Of a stretch of 64,000 bases of DNA, positions 62,831 through 64,000 are shown in pieces. The translations under genes were made by a program, and so were the position numbers. Below the pieces are notes generated by a model that searched no databases, was not told where the DNA came from, and was given only the letters and a program-made list of their open reading frames with translations. The DNA lies in NCBI GenBank assembly GCA_964016885.1, contig OZ024746.1, positions 20,584,001 to 20,648,000 on the forward strand, written 5' to 3'. Every line of letters starts with the position of its first letter. The stretch's first letter is position 1. The DNA comes from Eledone cirrhosa (taxonomy: Eukaryota).

Positions 62831-63314
62831 GTGTACACACACGTGTGCACGCGCACACACACATGCACTCACATTCACACATTCAGACATTCACTTGTCT
62901 TTCCTTAATTCCACTTTTGGCTTAGGATAATTTTCTACAAATAATTGCTGCTTACTAGGGAACTCCATTCTTTTATCAAATAGAGTTTATTATTCTAATT
63001 TCTTTGTAGCCATAATTTTCATGGCCTGGAAATTTGAAATGGGCTGCAGTTGACTGAGTTGACTGAGTTAAGTTAGGATGTTTGAAAGTCAAAATGAGTC
63101 GGTAAGTCTTGATCTTAGAACCTAAATCTTTATCTATATGTAGGTATGGTCCCGTAACTCCTGATAGAATCGTAGAGGTGTCGTATTGACATACGGCGTT
63201 TCATGGGCATTTTAGCCTGGCGGAGCCCATCCTTCCAGGCCTGAGTATAGCAGATTTCTTCCAGAGAAATATAGAAAGTGAGAGAGAGGAAACGAGAAAG
63301 AGATATAGAAGAAG

Positions 63315-63402
63315 AATCGACCCCAGTACTAGACTGATAATTTTTTTTATCGACCTCGAAAGGATGAAAAGCAAAGTTGACCTCGGCGGGATTTGAACTC
63401 CG
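63315..63402 (-). mobile_element. Nin/Deu-like SINE fragment
   Basis: TATCGACCTCGAAAGGATGAAAAGCAAAGTTGACCTCGGCGGGATTTGAACTC. Confidence 0.75.
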
Positions 63403-64000
63403 AGAGCACTTTATCTATATAGTGCAAGACAATTTAGCCGATCATTCATTAGTGTTTTTTTGCTATTCTATCTGCCTCTATCTCTGATATAATCTATTGA
63501 CAGCAAAATGCGCAAACATTATATTCTCAATGTCAGTGGAGAAATATGAATTCATGATCTATTAATTGAAGGTTTGTCGTTAATGCAATCACTTAGCAAA
63601 TACAATTCTTTCGTTGGCCTGATAGTTAAATGAACATAACGAAGACAATACACCCACAAAACTCCCCCAGAAAAAGCAACAACAACAACAAATCAATCAT
63701 GTACGAAGAGAAAACAACAACAACAACAACAACAACAATATGAAACATAAACACGAGAGAAGAAACATGAAATTATAAAAATTAAAGAACGATAATAATA
63801 ATAAAGAAGATAATCCGGTTGTCTATTCCGATACACAGAATCTCGCATCTCTCTGTAATACTCTAACATAAAGGAACGCTTAATTTATTGAAAGGGCAAA
63901 CATCTTCTTCTTCTTCTTCTTCTTCTTCTTCTTCTTCTTCTTCACTATCAGCACCATCTTTCCCACCACAACCACCACTACCACCACCACCACCACCACC

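Overview
AT-rich, microsatellite-saturated animal genomic DNA with no complete host gene. The SINE set and (TA)n/(TACA)n/(TATC)n load suggest a cephalopod such as Octopus (inference). Nearly all long ORF-track entries are microsatellite translations. Real content: two Tx1-clade LINE copies (a 5'-truncated APE-RT copy and a full-length RT-deleted copy) plus short 3' ends, all beside (TATC)n; R4/Dong-like LINE fragments; RTE-derived non-autonomous retroposons in (TACA)n that keep a C2H2 finger; tRNA-derived SINEs; mariner and pogo remnants; and several Penelope-like element (PLE) families. Most notable: (1) a canonical type I hammerhead ribozyme inside a 313-nt unit bounded by 57-bp direct repeats, i.e. 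a candidate non-LTR retrozyme (24786-25155); (2) a recurring 'fold-back palindrome + unpaired tail' architecture of (TA)n-inserted, mostly hammerhead-bearing PLE derivatives from about 6 families, several sharing an ATTGAGTAC motif about 43 nt from the end; (3) apparent partitioning of microsatellite targets among retroelement clades. Coordinates were read by eye and may be off by a few bases; clade names come from motif recognition, not database searches.
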